Positions 25,915-37,126 of a DNA stretch of 55,975 bases are shown here, in pieces. This DNA comes from Burkholderiales bacterium (GTDB taxonomy: Bacteria > Pseudomonadota > Gammaproteobacteria > Burkholderiales > SG8-41): assembly GCA_038144955.1 (NCBI GenBank), contig JAYQOT010000006.1, forward strand, positions 1 to 55,975. Direction: 5' to 3'. Within the stretch, counting starts at the first letter, position 1. The number at the start of each line of letters is the position of its first letter. Position numbers and translations under genes: made by a program. The notes under the pieces are model-generated. The model had not been told where the DNA came from. It did not search any database and saw nothing but the letters and a program-made list of their open reading frames with translations.

Positions 25915-27086
25915 GCAGGTATCGCCTTTTCTTCGGCACGCCGTGGGGCGTAGGTTTCCCATTCACCGCAGGCCGGGCAATGCCAGTAGAACTGGCGGGC
26001 GCGGAACCCGCAGTGCTCGCATTTGTACATCGCCAGGCTGCGCGTGTGCTGGTGGATCAGATGCTTGATCAACTGGAGATCATGCTGTTTTTCAGGAGGC
26101 GCTTCCAGCAATTGGGCTTCCAGCAGCTTGTCGAGTCCTAGCAGCGTCGGCGTGCGCCGAACCTCGTCGCGAACCAGGCGGTAGGCCGCCTGGGCGCCGC
26201 CGGTTTCGAGCGTTGCCTGGTAAACCAGATCGAGCAGATCCAGCGACGCATATTTGCCGAGGAAACCGCGCAACAGGTTGAGCCCTTCGTCGAGTTTGTT
26301 CAGATCGCGATACGCCTTGAGGATGCGTTCGGCCACCAGCGACAGGTAAGCAGGGTTCTGCGACTCGATACGCTGCCAGGCAGCAATTGCGGCGGCTGAC
26401 TTGCCGAGATCGCGCTCGACATCGCCCAGCAGCATGTTGGCACGCACGCACAGCCGATGATGACGCAGCGCCTTTTCCAGATGGGGGCGCGCCTCCTCCG
26501 CCCTGGACTGCATCAGGTTGCGGGCAGCCATCTCGCAGCAGAAATTGGCAATTTCCTTCTGGTAGGAACGGCTGCTCAGCGACTCCAGCATTTCAGCGGT
26601 GGCGATGGCCTTGTCCCAGTCCTTTTCCTGCTCGTAAATCTCGAGCAGGAACAGCCTTGCCGCCTCGGCATGCGGAGTCCCGTCGAGTTTCAGGAACAGC
26701 TCCTCCGCCCGGTCCAGCAGTCCTGCCTTCAGATAATCCTGCGCCAGCTCCAGCACGGCCTGCAGTTTCTGCTCCTGGGCAAGGTCTTCACGCTCGACGA
26801 GGTTCTGGTGCATGCGGATCGCCCGCTCGACTTCGCCACGGCGACGGAACAGGCTGCCCAGGGCGAAATGCAGTTCAATGGTCTGGGGATTGACCTTGGC
26901 CACCTCGATGAAAGCCTCAATGGCCTTGTCAGGCTGCTCGTTGAGCAGGAAATTGAGGCCCTTGAAGTAGGAGGCCGGCATCAGCCGCGACTCGGTAACT
27001 ATCTGCCGGATATCGACGCGCGCGGCCATCCACCCCAGCGCGAAAAACAGCGGCAATGCCAGCAGCCACCAAAGTTCAAGGTCCAT
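25911..27086 (-). CDS. lapB: lipopolysaccharide assembly protein B (YciM)
   Basis: N-terminal TM helix [22 protein letters not shown], multiple TPRs, and the C-terminal rubredoxin-like [21 protein letters not shown]. Confidence 0.9.
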   Translation of the reverse strand: MDLELWWLLALPLFFALGWMAARVDIRQIVTESRLMPASYFKGLNFLLNEQPDKAIEAFIEVAKVNPQTIELHFALGSLFRRRGEVERAIRMHQNLVEREDLAQEQKLQAVLELAQDYLKAGLLDRAEELFLKLDGTPHAEAARLFLLEIYEQEKDWDKAIATAEMLESLSSRSYQKEIANFCCEMAARNLMQSRAEEARPHLEKALRHHRLCVRANMLLGDVERDLGKSAAAIAAWQRIESQNPAYLSLVAERILKAYRDLNKLDEGLNLLRGFLGKYASLDLLDLVYQATLETGGAQAAYRLVRDEVRRTPTLLGLDKLLEAQLLEAPPEKQHDLQLIKHLIHQHTRSLAMYKCEHCGFRARQFYWHCPACGEWETYAPRRAEEKAIPA

Positions 27087-27099
27087 GACGGTCAGCGGC

Positions 27100-27402
27100 T
27101 CACAGCAAATCCATGGGCGGCATCACCACCGGATCACCCTGCTTTTCCCGGGACTCCTGCGCGACGCGCAATTCGCGTTTCAGCGCGGCAATTTCCCGGC
27201 GCAGCTTCAGCACCTGGACCAGTCCAACGAGCACGCCTGCAACGGCTCCTATGCACAGCGCCAGCAGAAGGACCACGACCAGCGGCGCCTCCCAGCGGAA
27301 ACCCAGGTAATAGCGCACGGCAACCATGTCGGTATTGACGATCGCGAATGACAATATCAGCAGAAACAGCGCGATCTTGATGGTCAGCGTCAGGTATTGC
27401 AT
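27100..27402 (-). CDS. lapA: lipopolysaccharide assembly protein A (YciS / DUF1049)
   Basis: 100 aa with two TM helices and a C-terminal coiled stretch LKLRREIAALKRELR. Sits immediately upstream of lapB, as in other proteobacteria. Confidence 0.75.
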   Translation of the reverse strand: MQYLTLTIKIALFLLILSFAIVNTDMVAVRYYLGFRWEAPLVVVLLLALCIGAVAGVLVGLVQVLKLRREIAALKRELRVAQESREKQGDPVVMPPMDLL

Positions 27403-27456
27403 AACTTGCCGAGAATATCACGCTCTACAGTTACGAAGGATGCTCGTCCCCCCCCC

Positions 27457-27487
27457 AAAAAAAACGGCATGGACTGAGCCATGCCGT
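27457..27487 (-). terminator. rho-independent terminator after ihfB
   Basis: On the minus strand: hairpin cggcatgg-ctcag-tccatgccg followed by T8 (then G9). Confidence 0.7.
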
Positions 27488-27512
27488 GGGTTGAACGATG
27501 CCTGATCGTCCG

Positions 27513-27797
27513 TTATTTCTTGATGTCCACGCGTTCGCGCAATTCCTTGCCGGCCTTGAAGTGCGGCACATACTTTGCGGGAACCTGGACCCGCTCGCCG
27601 GACTTGGGATTACGTCCGGTGCGCGGCGGTCGGTAATTGAGTCCGAAGCTGCCAAAGCCCCTGATTTCGATGCGCTGCCCCTGTGACAGGCTCTTGCTCA
27701 TGGCGTCGAGAATCATTTTCACCGCCAGTTCAGCGTCCTTGGCCACAAGTTGCGGGTAGCGCGCCGCCAGTTTCGCGATCAACTCCGACTTGGTCAT
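27513..27797 (-). CDS. ihfB: integration host factor subunit beta
   Basis: [11 protein letters not shown].., ..[28 protein letters not shown].. (HU/IHF arm); 94 aa. Confidence 0.92.
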   Translation of the reverse strand: MTKSELIAKLAARYPQLVAKDAELAVKMILDAMSKSLSQGQRIEIRGFGSFGLNYRPPRTGRNPKSGERVQVPAKYVPHFKAGKELRERVDIKK

Positions 27798-27813
27798 GAT
27801 GCTCCCTTATCCC

Positions 27814-29529
27814 TTATTGTTGAGTATTGGCTGTATCCAGCTTGGCTTTGAGCAGGGCGCCCAGATTGGTAGTACCCGAACTCGCCTGTTTGTCCGACGC
27901 CAGTTTCTGCATGGCTTCGGTGTCCTCCGCAAGGTCTTTCGCCTTGATCGACAGGTTGATAGTACGGTTTTTGCGGTCGATGTTGATGATCATCGCCGTG
28001 ACCGAATCGCCTTCCTTCAGCTTGGTGCGGATGTCCTCCACGCGGTCGCGGGAAACTTCCGACGCACGCAGATAACCTTCCATCTCCCCTTCGAGATTGA
28101 TCACCGCACCTTTGGCGTCGATCGACTTCACCGTGCCGGTCACGATCGAATTCTTATCGTGCCCGCCGACGTAGTTGGTGAAAGGATCGCCTTCGAGCTG
28201 CTTGATGCCCAGGGAAATGCGCTCGCGTTCGACGTCAATCGACAGCACCTGGGCTTCGACTTCCTCACCCTTCTTGTAATTGCGCACGGCTTCTTCGCCG
28301 GGAACGTTCCATGACAGGTCGGACAGGTGAACCAGGCCGTCGATGCCGCCGGCCAGGCCGATGAAAATGCCGAAGTCGGTGATCGACTTGATCTGGCCCT
28401 TGACCTTGTCGCCCTTCTTGGAGTTCATCGAGAACTCTTCCCAGGGATTGGCCATGCACTGCTTCATGCCCAGCGAGATGCGGCGGCGTTCCTCGTCGAT
28501 CTCCAGCACCATGACTTCGACTTCGTCGCCCAGTTGCACGACCTTCGAGGGATGCACGTTCTTGTTGGTCCAGTCCATTTCGGAAACGTGAACCAACCCT
28601 TCGATGCCAGATTCGATCTCGACAAACGCACCGTAGTCGGTGAGGTTCGAGACCTTGCCGAAGAGGCGGGTGTTGGGAGGATAGCGGCGCGACAGGCCGA
28701 CCCACGGATCTTCGCCCAGCTGCTTCATGCCCAGAGAGACGCGGTTCTTTTCCTGGTCGAACTTGAGTACCTTGGCAGTGACCTCGTCACCAACGCTGAG
28801 CATCTCCGAGGGATGCTTGACGCGGCGCCAGGCCAGATCGGTGATGTGCAGCAGGCCGTCGATGCCACCGAGGTCGACGAACGCACCGTAGTCGGTGATG
28901 TTCTTGACGATACCCTTGACGGTTGCGCCTTCGCGCAGATTTTCCAGCAGCTTCTGACGCTCTTCGCCCTGGCTCGCTTCGAGCACGGCGCGGCGTGACA
29001 CGACCACGTTGTTGCGCTTGCGGTCGAGCTTGATGACCTTGAACTCCATCTGCTTGTTTTCGTACGGCGTGGTGTCCTTGACCGGACGGGTATCGACCAG
29101 CGAGCCCGGCAGGAAGGCGCGGATGCCGTTGATCATTACGGTAAGGCCGCCCTTGACCTTGCCGCTGATCATGCCCTGCACGATGTTGCCCTTCTCCAGC
29201 GCCTCTTCAAGGTCGTGCCAGGCGGCGAGCCGCTTGGCCTTGTCGCGTGACAGCCGGGTTTCACCGTAGCCGTCTTCGAGAGATTCGATGGCGACGCTGA
29301 CAAAGTCGCCCGGTTTGACTTCGATTTCTCCGCGGTCGTCGCGGAATTCTTCCGCGGCCACGTAGCTTTCAGATTTCAGTCCGGCATTGACCACCACAAA
29401 GTTGTCGTCGATGCGCACGACTTCGGCGGTAATCACTTCGCCGATGCGCATTTCTTTGAGTGCCAGGCTCTCTTCAAAGAGCGCAGCAAAGCTTTCGGCG
29501 GATTTAGCCTGCGAGGATGTTTTAATCAT
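27814..29529 (-). CDS. rpsA: 30S ribosomal protein S1
   Basis: 571 aa with six S1 (OB-fold) repeats, e.g. ..[15 protein letters not shown].., ..[17 protein letters not shown].. No SD upstream, as is known for rpsA. Confidence 0.97.
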   Translation of the reverse strand: MIKTSSQAKSAESFAALFEESLALKEMRIGEVITAEVVRIDDNFVVVNAGLKSESYVAAEEFRDDRGEIEVKPGDFVSVAIESLEDGYGETRLSRDKAKRLAAWHDLEEALEKGNIVQGMISGKVKGGLTVMINGIRAFLPGSLVDTRPVKDTTPYENKQMEFKVIKLDRKRNNVVVSRRAVLEASQGEERQKLLENLREGATVKGIVKNITDYGAFVDLGGIDGLLHITDLAWRRVKHPSEMLSVGDEVTAKVLKFDQEKNRVSLGMKQLGEDPWVGLSRRYPPNTRLFGKVSNLTDYGAFVEIESGIEGLVHVSEMDWTNKNVHPSKVVQLGDEVEVMVLEIDEERRRISLGMKQCMANPWEEFSMNSKKGDKVKGQIKSITDFGIFIGLAGGIDGLVHLSDLSWNVPGEEAVRNYKKGEEVEAQVLSIDVERERISLGIKQLEGDPFTNYVGGHDKNSIVTGTVKSIDAKGAVINLEGEMEGYLRASEVSRDRVEDIRTKLKEGDSVTAMIINIDRKNRTINLSIKAKDLAEDTEAMQKLASDKQASSGTTNLGALLKAKLDTANTQQ

Positions 29530-29635
29530 TGGAATCAGGAGGTTATCACACCCGTTTGAGAAACGGGAGGTTGGTTTAAAAAAGCCACCGGCTGAGAGGC
29601 CGATGACACCGGATACCGCTAATTTACTGCCCTGC

Positions 29636-30301
29636 TTACTGCTTTTGACTGCGATACAGACCCAATATCTGCGACACCACTGACTCTATGGGAATACCCG
29701 TGGTATCCAGTTCGATTGCATCTGCACACTTCTGCAAGGGGGCCACGGTGCGATTGCTGTCGCGAAAATCACGCTCGCGGATGTCCTGCAAAAGGGCGGC
29801 CATACTAGCATCATCCCCCTTATCCATCAACTGCTTATAGCGTCTTTGCGCCCGTTCTTCAGGGGTCGCGGTCAGGTAAATTTTGAGGCCCGCGTCGGGA
29901 AAAACCACCGACCCCATATCGCGGCCATCGGCGACCAGTCCCGGGGCTACACGGAAACCGCGCTGCAGCTCCATCAGCGCCTGACGCACTCCCGGCAGTG
30001 CTGCGACCCGTGATGCGGCCGCACCTGCGACTTCACCGCGGATCGATGCAGTGACCTCCCGGCCATCAACCCAGACCTGATCTTCATTAAATTTTACTTT
30101 TAAATTCAATGTGATATCTGATATTTCTCGATCATTATCGAGATTTGCACCGCGCTCCCGACCCACCAATCCCACGATCCGGTACAAAGCGCCGCTGTCG
30201 AGATAATGAAATCCCAGTTGCTGTGCCACGCGCGCTGCAACCGTACCCTTGCCCGAAGCCGAAGGCCCGTCGATGGCGATGACCGGCGGCGCGGCTGCCA
30301 T
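29636..30301 (-). CDS. cmk: (d)CMP kinase
   Basis: ATG at 30301 gives [22 protein letters not shown] (P-loop) and overlaps the aroA stop by 1 nt. The 22-codon track extension is rejected. Confidence 0.9.
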   Translation of the reverse strand: MAAAPPVIAIDGPSASGKGTVAARVAQQLGFHYLDSGALYRIVGLVGRERGANLDNDREISDITLNLKVKFNEDQVWVDGREVTASIRGEVAGAAASRVAALPGVRQALMELQRGFRVAPGLVADGRDMGSVVFPDAGLKIYLTATPEERAQRRYKQLMDKGDDASMAALLQDIRERDFRDSNRTVAPLQKCADAIELDTTGIPIESVVSQILGLYRSQKQ

Positions 30302-31620
30302 CAAGCCGCCCCTGCAGAAATGCCGGCGAACACCGAAAAATATTCGGGATAGGTCTTGGCCACGCAATCGGGATCGTTGATGCGGACCGTGACACCCCCC
30401 AGAGCCGCCAGTGAAAAACTCATGGCCATACGGTGATCGTCATAGGTATCGATCGTCGCCGGCTGCCATTGAACAGGTGGCGTGATGCGCAAATAATCCG
30501 CACCCTCCTCCACGGCCGCCCCCAGCTTGGAGAGTTCCTTCGCCATCGCGGCAAGACGATCGGTTTCCTTGACCCTCCAGCTCGCAATGTTGCGCAGCGT
30601 CGTCGTGCCATCGGCAAAGAGTGCTGCAATCGCCAGCGTCATCGCCGCGTCGGGAATGTGATTGCAGTCGATATCAACTGCTTTGAGCTTGCCATGACGG
30701 CGCGCGTGCTCTCCCGCAGCGGCCTCAATCCAGTTCTCGCCCATCTCCACCGCGGCGCCCATCTGCGCGAGCGCATCGGAAAAACGCACATCACCCTGGG
30801 TGCTGTTGCGGCCGACCCCCTCCACCCGCACCGGCCCGCCACCGCTGAGTCCGCTGATCGCACCGGCGGCCAGAAAGTAAGACGCCGAAGATGCATCACC
30901 TTCCACATGCAGTTCACCGGGGCTTTGGTAACGCGCACCAGCCGGAACGGTAAACGCAGCCCAGCCATCGCGTAACACTTCCACACCAAACACGCGCATC
31001 GCATTGAGCGTGATTTCAACGTAGGGCTTGGAAATCAGTTCACCTTCGACGCGCACGACGGTTTCACGGCCCAGCAACGGCAGCGCCATCAGCAAACCGG
31101 TCAGATACTGGCTGGACACATTGCCGCGGATACTGACTTGAGCGCGCGGCAGCGGTTTGCCGGGATGCACGGCCAGCGGCGGGAATCCTTGGTTGCCCAG
31201 ATAATCGATTTCTGCGCCCAGCTGGCGCAAGGCATCGACGAGGTCGCCGATCGGCCGCTCGTGCATGCGCGCGACGCCGTCGATGCGATATTCACCGCCG
31301 CACAGCGCCAGCACTGCCGTCAGCGGCCGCACTGCGGTTCCGGCATTGCCGAGAAACAGTTCCGCCTTCTTCACCGGAAACGCGCCATCAACGCCGCTCA
31401 CCGATACCGTTTGCCCGTCAGCGGCATCGCAACGCACCCCCAGGGTGCGCAATGCCGTCAGCATGTGCCGCGTATCATCGGAGTCGAGCAGATCGTGCAG
31501 CGTGGTACTGCCGCGTGCCAATGCAGCCAGCAACAGCGTGCGGTTGGAAATGCTCTTCGAACCCGGCAGTCGAACCGTGCCACGAACGGCACGTATGGGC
31601 TTCAGATCAAGATGCTTCAT
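30301..31620 (-). CDS. aroA: 3-phosphoshikimate 1-carboxyvinyltransferase (EPSP synthase)
   Basis: ..[20 protein letters not shown].., ..[11 protein letters not shown].., ..[13 protein letters not shown].. ; 439 aa. Confidence 0.95.
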   Translation of the reverse strand: MKHLDLKPIRAVRGTVRLPGSKSISNRTLLLAALARGSTTLHDLLDSDDTRHMLTALRTLGVRCDAADGQTVSVSGVDGAFPVKKAELFLGNAGTAVRPLTAVLALCGGEYRIDGVARMHERPIGDLVDALRQLGAEIDYLGNQGFPPLAVHPGKPLPRAQVSIRGNVSSQYLTGLLMALPLLGRETVVRVEGELISKPYVEITLNAMRVFGVEVLRDGWAAFTVPAGARYQSPGELHVEGDASSASYFLAAGAISGLSGGGPVRVEGVGRNSTQGDVRFSDALAQMGAAVEMGENWIEAAAGEHARRHGKLKAVDIDCNHIPDAAMTLAIAALFADGTTTLRNIASWRVKETDRLAAMAKELSKLGAAVEEGADYLRITPPVQWQPATIDTYDDHRMAMSFSLAALGGVTVRINDPDCVAKTYPEYFSVFAGISAGAA

Positions 31621-31628
31621 GCCGCTGG

Positions 31629-32510
31629 CTACCTGCGTTTTGCCAGCCAGCGCGAGCGGGCGCGTTGCGCCGAGCCGAACATGGCTTCCAGCGCCGCGCC
31701 GTCACCTGCGGCTAGCGCTCTCCGAGCCGTCTCGAGCTCTCCGATATAGCCCTCAAGCAGCGGCAGCAGCGCCGCTCGGTTGGCGATGCAGATGTCGCGC
31801 CACATTTCCGGGGAACTGCCGGCGATGCGCACCGTGTCGCGCAGGCCGCCGCCGGAAAATCCGAACAGCTTGCGGGGATCGGGCTGCCGCGCGAGCAGAT
31901 GCACCAGCGCAAACGCCACGACATGCGGCAGATGGCTGACGGCGCCGAAAATCGCGTCATGTTCGGCTGCAGACAGGCGCACGATGCGCGACCCGCAGGC
32001 CTGCCATGCAGAGCTCACCAGCCGCAACGCAGCCGCATGGGTTTCCTTCTGCGGCACCAGGATCAGGTTGCGTTCACGAAACAGTTCGGGAAAAGCGGCC
32101 GCGGCGCCGCTGTGTTCGGTGCCCGCAATCGGATGCGCCGGCACGAAACGGGAAAAATGCTCGCCCAGGTGCAGTCGCGCTGCGGCAATCACGTCCTGCT
32201 TGGTGCTGCCGGCATCGGTAACCACGGCACCGCGCGGCAACGCAGGCGCGATACGGGTGAAAATTCCGGCCATCTGCCCCACCGGCGCGCCCACCAGCAC
32301 CAGGTCAGCATCGACAACCGCCCGGGCAGCATCGGTCTCGACTTCGTCGATGACGCCACGCTTCAGGGCCACCTGCAGGTTTTTGCGGCTGCGGCCCACG
32401 CCGGTGACACGCCCCACGAAGCGCGACTTTTTCAGCGCCAGCGCGAACGAACCGCCGATCAGGCCGACGCCGATGATGACAAGCTTTTTGATGCGTTTTT
32501 TTGCCGGCAT
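31629..32510 (-). CDS. tyrA: prephenate/arogenate dehydrogenase
   Basis: ..[20 protein letters not shown].. Rossmann motif and ..[10 protein letters not shown].. catalytic His region; 293 aa. Position between hisC and aroA. Confidence 0.85.
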   Translation of the reverse strand: MPAKKRIKKLVIIGVGLIGGSFALALKKSRFVGRVTGVGRSRKNLQVALKRGVIDEVETDAARAVVDADLVLVGAPVGQMAGIFTRIAPALPRGAVVTDAGSTKQDVIAAARLHLGEHFSRFVPAHPIAGTEHSGAAAAFPELFRERNLILVPQKETHAAALRLVSSAWQACGSRIVRLSAAEHDAIFGAVSHLPHVVAFALVHLLARQPDPRKLFGFSGGGLRDTVRIAGSSPEMWRDICIANRAALLPLLEGYIGELETARRALAAGDGAALEAMFGSAQRARSRWLAKRR

Positions 32511-32586
32511 GGAATTCAGTTTCAGGAATGTTTAGGGCTTGTTAACACCTTACCGGTTTCCTGCGTTCGCGCAACCACCGGCGCGT

Positions 32587-33687
32587 TCAACCAGCCAAAG
32601 CGCGCCTCAGCGCATCGAGAAAGCGCGCATTCTCGGATTCCAGTCCGATCGATACCCGCAGATGGCCGGGCATGCCGTAACTGGCAATGGGACGCACGAT
32701 GACGCCCAGCCGCAGCAGCTTCTGGAACACCTCGCCCGCCCTGGGCACTTCAAAGGTGACGAAATTGCCATAGGAAGGAATGTGTTTGAGCCCGAGCTTG
32801 CCGAGCCCTGCGACGATCTGGTCCATGCCGCGGCAGTTGAGTTCGTAGCTCTCGCGGATGAAGGCTTCGTCATCCAATGCTGCAGCGGCGGCGGCCAGCG
32901 ACAGGCTGTTGACGTTGAACGGCTGACGCACCCGGTTCATCAGGTCGGCCACGCCAGGGGCACCCAGCGCATAGCCCACGCGCAGCCCCGCCAGCCCATA
33001 AACCTTTGAAAACGTGCGGGTGATCAGCAGGTTCGGATATTTTTTCAGCCAGCCGATACTGTCGTAGCGGAAATCCGTGCGCAGGTATTCGGTATAGGCC
33101 TCGTCGAGCACCACCAGCACGTCGGCGGACAGGCCGGCGATGAATTTTTCGAGCGCAACCCCTTCGACAAACGTGCCGGTGGGATTGTTGGGATTGGCGA
33201 TGAACACCAGACGCGTATCCGCGCGTACCGCCGCCGCCATTGCGGCTAGGTCGTGGCCGTAGTTGCGTGCCGGCACCGCGATGCCCTTTGCCCCCACCGC
33301 CTGCACCGCCAGCGGGTATACCGCGAACGCATGTTCGGAATACACCGCCGACTGCCCCGGGGTCAGGAACGAACGCGCCGCCAGTTCAAGCACATCGTTG
33401 GAGCCGTTGCCGAGGACGATTCCATCCATCGCCACGCCGAAGCGGCGCGACAACGCCTGCTTCAGTTCAAAACCGTTACCGTCGGGATAGCGCGACAGAC
33501 CATCCATGATCGCGCGCATCGCCTGCGCCGCTTTGGGACTGACACCCAGCGGGTTTTCGTTGGAAGCCAGCTTGACGATGGTTGACTCGTCGAGGCCCAG
33601 TTCGCGGGCCAGTTCGGAAGTCGGCTTGCCCGGCTGGTACGGTGCGATCGCTTTTATATAGCCCGGCGCAAGGTCACAAACACTCAT
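32587..33687 (-). CDS. hisC: histidinol-phosphate / aromatic aminotransferase (class II PLP)
   Basis: ..YQPGKP.., ..LASNENPLG.., ..RTFSKVYGLAGLRVGY.. (PLP lysine); 366 aa. Confidence 0.85.
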   Translation of the reverse strand: MSVCDLAPGYIKAIAPYQPGKPTSELARELGLDESTIVKLASNENPLGVSPKAAQAMRAIMDGLSRYPDGNGFELKQALSRRFGVAMDGIVLGNGSNDVLELAARSFLTPGQSAVYSEHAFAVYPLAVQAVGAKGIAVPARNYGHDLAAMAAAVRADTRLVFIANPNNPTGTFVEGVALEKFIAGLSADVLVVLDEAYTEYLRTDFRYDSIGWLKKYPNLLITRTFSKVYGLAGLRVGYALGAPGVADLMNRVRQPFNVNSLSLAAAAAALDDEAFIRESYELNCRGMDQIVAGLGKLGLKHIPSYGNFVTFEVPRAGEVFQKLLRLGVIVRPIASYGMPGHLRVSIGLESENARFLDALRRALAG

Positions 33688-33721
33688 TGTTTTAGTATAT
33701 AAAACAGATACTTATGTGTTT

Positions 33722-34786
33722 TTAACGTGCAGCCGGATATGAACCCAGGACCTTGAGGAAGGCTGCCTTGCGCCCGAGCGCGGTCAGTGCACGAGCCACC
33801 CGCGGCTCCTGCCGATGACCTTCGATGTCTACATAAAACACGTATTCCCAGAGGCCGGTACGCGCCGGACGAGACTCGAACCGGGTCATGCTGACCCCGT
33901 GCTTCGCCAGCGGTGTCAGCAGATCATGAACTGCACCCGGCACATTGCGCGTCGACAGCACCAGTGAGGTCTTGTCGCGCCCCGATGGTGGCACTTCCTC
34001 GCTGCCGATCACCACAAAGCGCGTGGTGTTCTTCGGATCATCCTCGATATTGCGCGCCAGCAGCTTCAAACCGTAGAGCGATGCCGCGGTGCGGCTGGCA
34101 ATGGCTGCCGAACGCCGATTCCTGCTCGCCAGCCGCGCGGCCTCCGCATTGCTGACCACTGCGATGCGTTCGGCATCCGGAAGATTGCGCGACAGCCACT
34201 GCTGGCATTGGGCGAGGCTTTGCGTATGCGAATAGACGATACGGATGGCATCGCGTTTCGCTGCGGTGCTCATCAGGCATTGCCGCACCGGCAGCATGAC
34301 CTCGCCGCAGATGCGGGTCGAGGTATTCAGCAGCAGATCCAGCGCACGGCCGACCGCTCCTTCAGTGGAATTCTCCACGGGCACCACGCCATAGCCGGCG
34401 CCGCCGGTCTCAACCGCACGGAACACTTCGTCGATGGAAGCATGCGCCTGTGAACCGGTGGCCGAACCGAAATGCTTGACTACCGCTTCCTGGCTGAATG
34501 TTCCTGCAGGTCCGAGATAGGCCACCGCCATCTGGTCCTCGAGGGCACGGCAGGCCGACATGATTTCAGTGAACAGTCGCGACAGCGCCGCATGGCTCAG
34601 CGGTCCCTTGTTCAGCTCGCGCACCCGGCGCAATACCTGCGCTTCGCGCTCCGGCTTGTAGGCTGCCGTTCCGCCCTTCGCCTGCCAGGCCTGTTGCGCC
34701 AGTTTCGCCCGCGCCGACAGCAATTGCACGAGCCGGGCATCAAGGGCATCGATCTTGCGGCGGACGTCGCTCAGGGAATTAGCCAT
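33722..34786 (-). CDS. pheA: bifunctional chorismate mutase / prephenate dehydratase (P-protein)
   Basis: N-terminal CM helix ..RRKIDALDARLVQLLSARAKLA.., PDT domain ..VAYLGPAGTFSQEA.., TRF motif (NTTRFVVIG), and ACT domain with ..SMTRFESRPAR.. Confidence 0.9.
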   Translation of the reverse strand: MANSLSDVRRKIDALDARLVQLLSARAKLAQQAWQAKGGTAAYKPEREAQVLRRVRELNKGPLSHAALSRLFTEIMSACRALEDQMAVAYLGPAGTFSQEAVVKHFGSATGSQAHASIDEVFRAVETGGAGYGVVPVENSTEGAVGRALDLLLNTSTRICGEVMLPVRQCLMSTAAKRDAIRIVYSHTQSLAQCQQWLSRNLPDAERIAVVSNAEAARLASRNRRSAAIASRTAASLYGLKLLARNIEDDPKNTTRFVVIGSEEVPPSGRDKTSLVLSTRNVPGAVHDLLTPLAKHGVSMTRFESRPARTGLWEYVFYVDIEGHRQEPRVARALTALGRKAAFLKVLGSYPAAR

Positions 34787-34803
34787 GCGCTGTGAATGCC
34801 GTT

Positions 34804-35985
34804 TCAGTTTGCCGGCAGGTATCTCACGGAAAGCACGCCGCCGATCGCTGCCAGCTCCGCAATCAGGGCATCAGGCACCGCGCTGTCGACATCGACCAGG
34901 GTATAGGCCATGTCGCCGCGGGACTTGTTGAGCATATTGTGAATGTTCAGTCCCGCGCGCGCCAGCGCCGTGGAAATCTGGCCGACCATGTTGGGTACGT
35001 TGGCATTGACGATACCGAGTCGGTATTCCGACTCTCGATGCATCACGACGTCGGCGAAATTGACCGAGTTGCGGATGTTGCCGTTCTCCAGAAAATCACG
35101 CACCTGGTCAGCCACCATCACCGCACAGTTGTCCTCGGCTTCGCGGGTCGAAGCGCCCAGATGGGGCAAGGTCACGACGCCGCCCTGCCCGGAAAGTTTC
35201 TGTGCCGGGAAGTCGCAGACGTATTTGGACAGGCGCTTGGCCGACAACGCTTCGAGCACAGCGTCATTGTCCACGATGCCTTCCCGCGAAAAATTGAGCA
35301 GCACCGCCCCCTGCCTGAGCAGCTTGACGCGCTGCATACTGATCAGACCGCGAGTCGCCGCCACCAGCGGCACGTGCAGGGTCACGAAATCGGCACCCTT
35401 GAGCACTTCCTCAATGGTATGCGCCTTGCGCACCTGGGATGGCAAGCTCCATGCTGCATCGACCGTGATTTCGGGATCGAAGCCGAGCACGTTCATGCCC
35501 AGCTTGATCGCAGCATCGGCGACCAGGCTGCCAATCTTGCCCAGCCCGATGACACCCAGCGTCCGGCCCGGCAATTCGATGCCGGCAAACTGCTTCTTGC
35601 CGTCCTCGACCAGCTTGTGCAGCGCTGCATCATCGCCTTTGAGACCTTCGACAAACCGCGCCGCTGGAATCAGGTTGCGCGCGGCAATCAGCATCGACGC
35701 AATCACCAATTCCTTCACCGCGTTGGCATTCGCGCCCGGCGCATTGAATACCGGCACGCCGCGCTGATTCATCTTGTCCACCGGAATGTTGTTGGTACCC
35801 GCCCCGGCACGCCCTATCGTCCTGACGCTCAGGGGTATATCCATCTTGTGCATATCGTGCGAACGCACCAGGACCGCATCCGGAGCCTGGATATCGCCAC
35901 CCAGGCTGTAGCGGTCTTTCGGAAAACGCTGCAGGCCTACAGCGGCGATCGAATTCAGGGTCAGTATCTTCAGGGTATCAGCCAT
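34804..35985 (-). CDS. serA: D-3-phosphoglycerate dehydrogenase-like 2-hydroxyacid dehydrogenase with C-terminal ACT domain
   Basis: NAD motif [13 protein letters not shown], catalytic ..LHVPL.. / ..NFSREG.. / ..PHLGAST.., and a C-terminal ACT-like ..[23 protein letters not shown].. The ATG at 35985 overlaps the serC 3' end by 8 nt; the track start is a GTG at 36003. Confidence 0.75.
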   Translation of the reverse strand: MADTLKILTLNSIAAVGLQRFPKDRYSLGGDIQAPDAVLVRSHDMHKMDIPLSVRTIGRAGAGTNNIPVDKMNQRGVPVFNAPGANANAVKELVIASMLIAARNLIPAARFVEGLKGDDAALHKLVEDGKKQFAGIELPGRTLGVIGLGKIGSLVADAAIKLGMNVLGFDPEITVDAAWSLPSQVRKAHTIEEVLKGADFVTLHVPLVAATRGLISMQRVKLLRQGAVLLNFSREGIVDNDAVLEALSAKRLSKYVCDFPAQKLSGQGGVVTLPHLGASTREAEDNCAVMVADQVRDFLENGNIRNSVNFADVVMHRESEYRLGIVNANVPNMVGQISTALARAGLNIHNMLNKSRGDMAYTLVDVDSAVPDALIAELAAIGGVLSVRYLPAN

Positions 35986-37060
35986 TTTTGCGCTCGAACT
36001 CACGCATGTACTGGACCAGCGCCTTCACCCCCTCCAGCGGCATCGCGTTGTAGATGGATGCGCGCATGCCACCGACCGAACGGTGGCCCTTGAGCTGGGT
36101 CAGCCCCGCAGCCTCGGCATCCTTGAGAAACGCCTTGTCGAGATCCGCGTTGCGCAGCGTGAACGGGATGTTCATCAGCGAACGGTCATCCTTCGCCACC
36201 GGAGAATGATAGAACTCGGTCTGGTCGAGATAATCGTAGAGCAACGCCGCTTTGGCCCGGTTGATCTGCTCCATCTGCGTAAGACCGCCCATCCGCTTGA
36301 GCCAGTCGAATACCAGACCGGCGATGTAGATGCCGTAGGTGGCCGGAGTGTTCGACATCGAATCGTTTTCCGCCTGTACCTTGTAGTCGAACACCGTCGG
36401 CGTCACCGGCAGCGCCTGGCCGAGCAGGTCTTCGCGCACGATGACGATGGTGACGCCGGCAGGACCGATGTTTTTCTGCGCGCCGGCGTAGATCAGGCCA
36501 TAGCGTGACACATCCATCGGCCGCGACAGGATGTGCGAGGACATGTCTGCGACCAGCGGTACGTTCCCGGTATCGGGAACCCAGTGGAATTCGACGCCGC
36601 CGATGGTCTCGTTGGTTGTGAGGTGCACATAGGCCGCATCCGGATCCAGCTTCCACTCCGACTGCTTGGGCGCACGCGTGAAATTGTCGGCCTCGGAACT
36701 GGCGGCGACATTCACCTTGCAGAATTTTTTCGCGTCGGTGATCGCCTTCTTCGACCACTGCCCGGTGTTGACGTAGTCCGCCCTGTCCTTGCCGCGCAGC
36801 AGATTCATCGGCACCACGGCGAACTGCGCCGAAGCCCCGCCCTGCAGGAACAGCACCTTGTAATTCTTCGGGATGCCCATCAGCTCGCGCAGGCCGGCTT
36901 CAGCCCTGGCGTGGATGTCGATGAACTCCTTGCCGCGGTGGCTCATTTCCATGACCGACATGCCGCTGCCATGCCAGTCGAGCATTTCCTCGGCTGCCTG
37001 TTTGAGCACCGGCTCCGGCAATACCGCCGGACCGGCACTGAAATTGAATACTCTAGCCAT
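35978..37060 (-). CDS. serC: phosphoserine aminotransferase
   Basis: [19 protein letters not shown].., ..HRGKEF.., ..[12 protein letters not shown].. ; 360 aa. Confidence 0.93.
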   Translation of the reverse strand: MARVFNFSAGPAVLPEPVLKQAAEEMLDWHGSGMSVMEMSHRGKEFIDIHARAEAGLRELMGIPKNYKVLFLQGGASAQFAVVPMNLLRGKDRADYVNTGQWSKKAITDAKKFCKVNVAASSEADNFTRAPKQSEWKLDPDAAYVHLTTNETIGGVEFHWVPDTGNVPLVADMSSHILSRPMDVSRYGLIYAGAQKNIGPAGVTIVIVREDLLGQALPVTPTVFDYKVQAENDSMSNTPATYGIYIAGLVFDWLKRMGGLTQMEQINRAKAALLYDYLDQTEFYHSPVAKDDRSLMNIPFTLRNADLDKAFLKDAEAAGLTQLKGHRSVGGMRASIYNAMPLEGVKALVQYMREFERKNG

Positions 37061-37126
37061 TCGTGATTGACCGCTGTGTTGAAAAATGGATAAGTGGACG
37101 GAAACGCTGCGACTGTGGAGGAAGCA

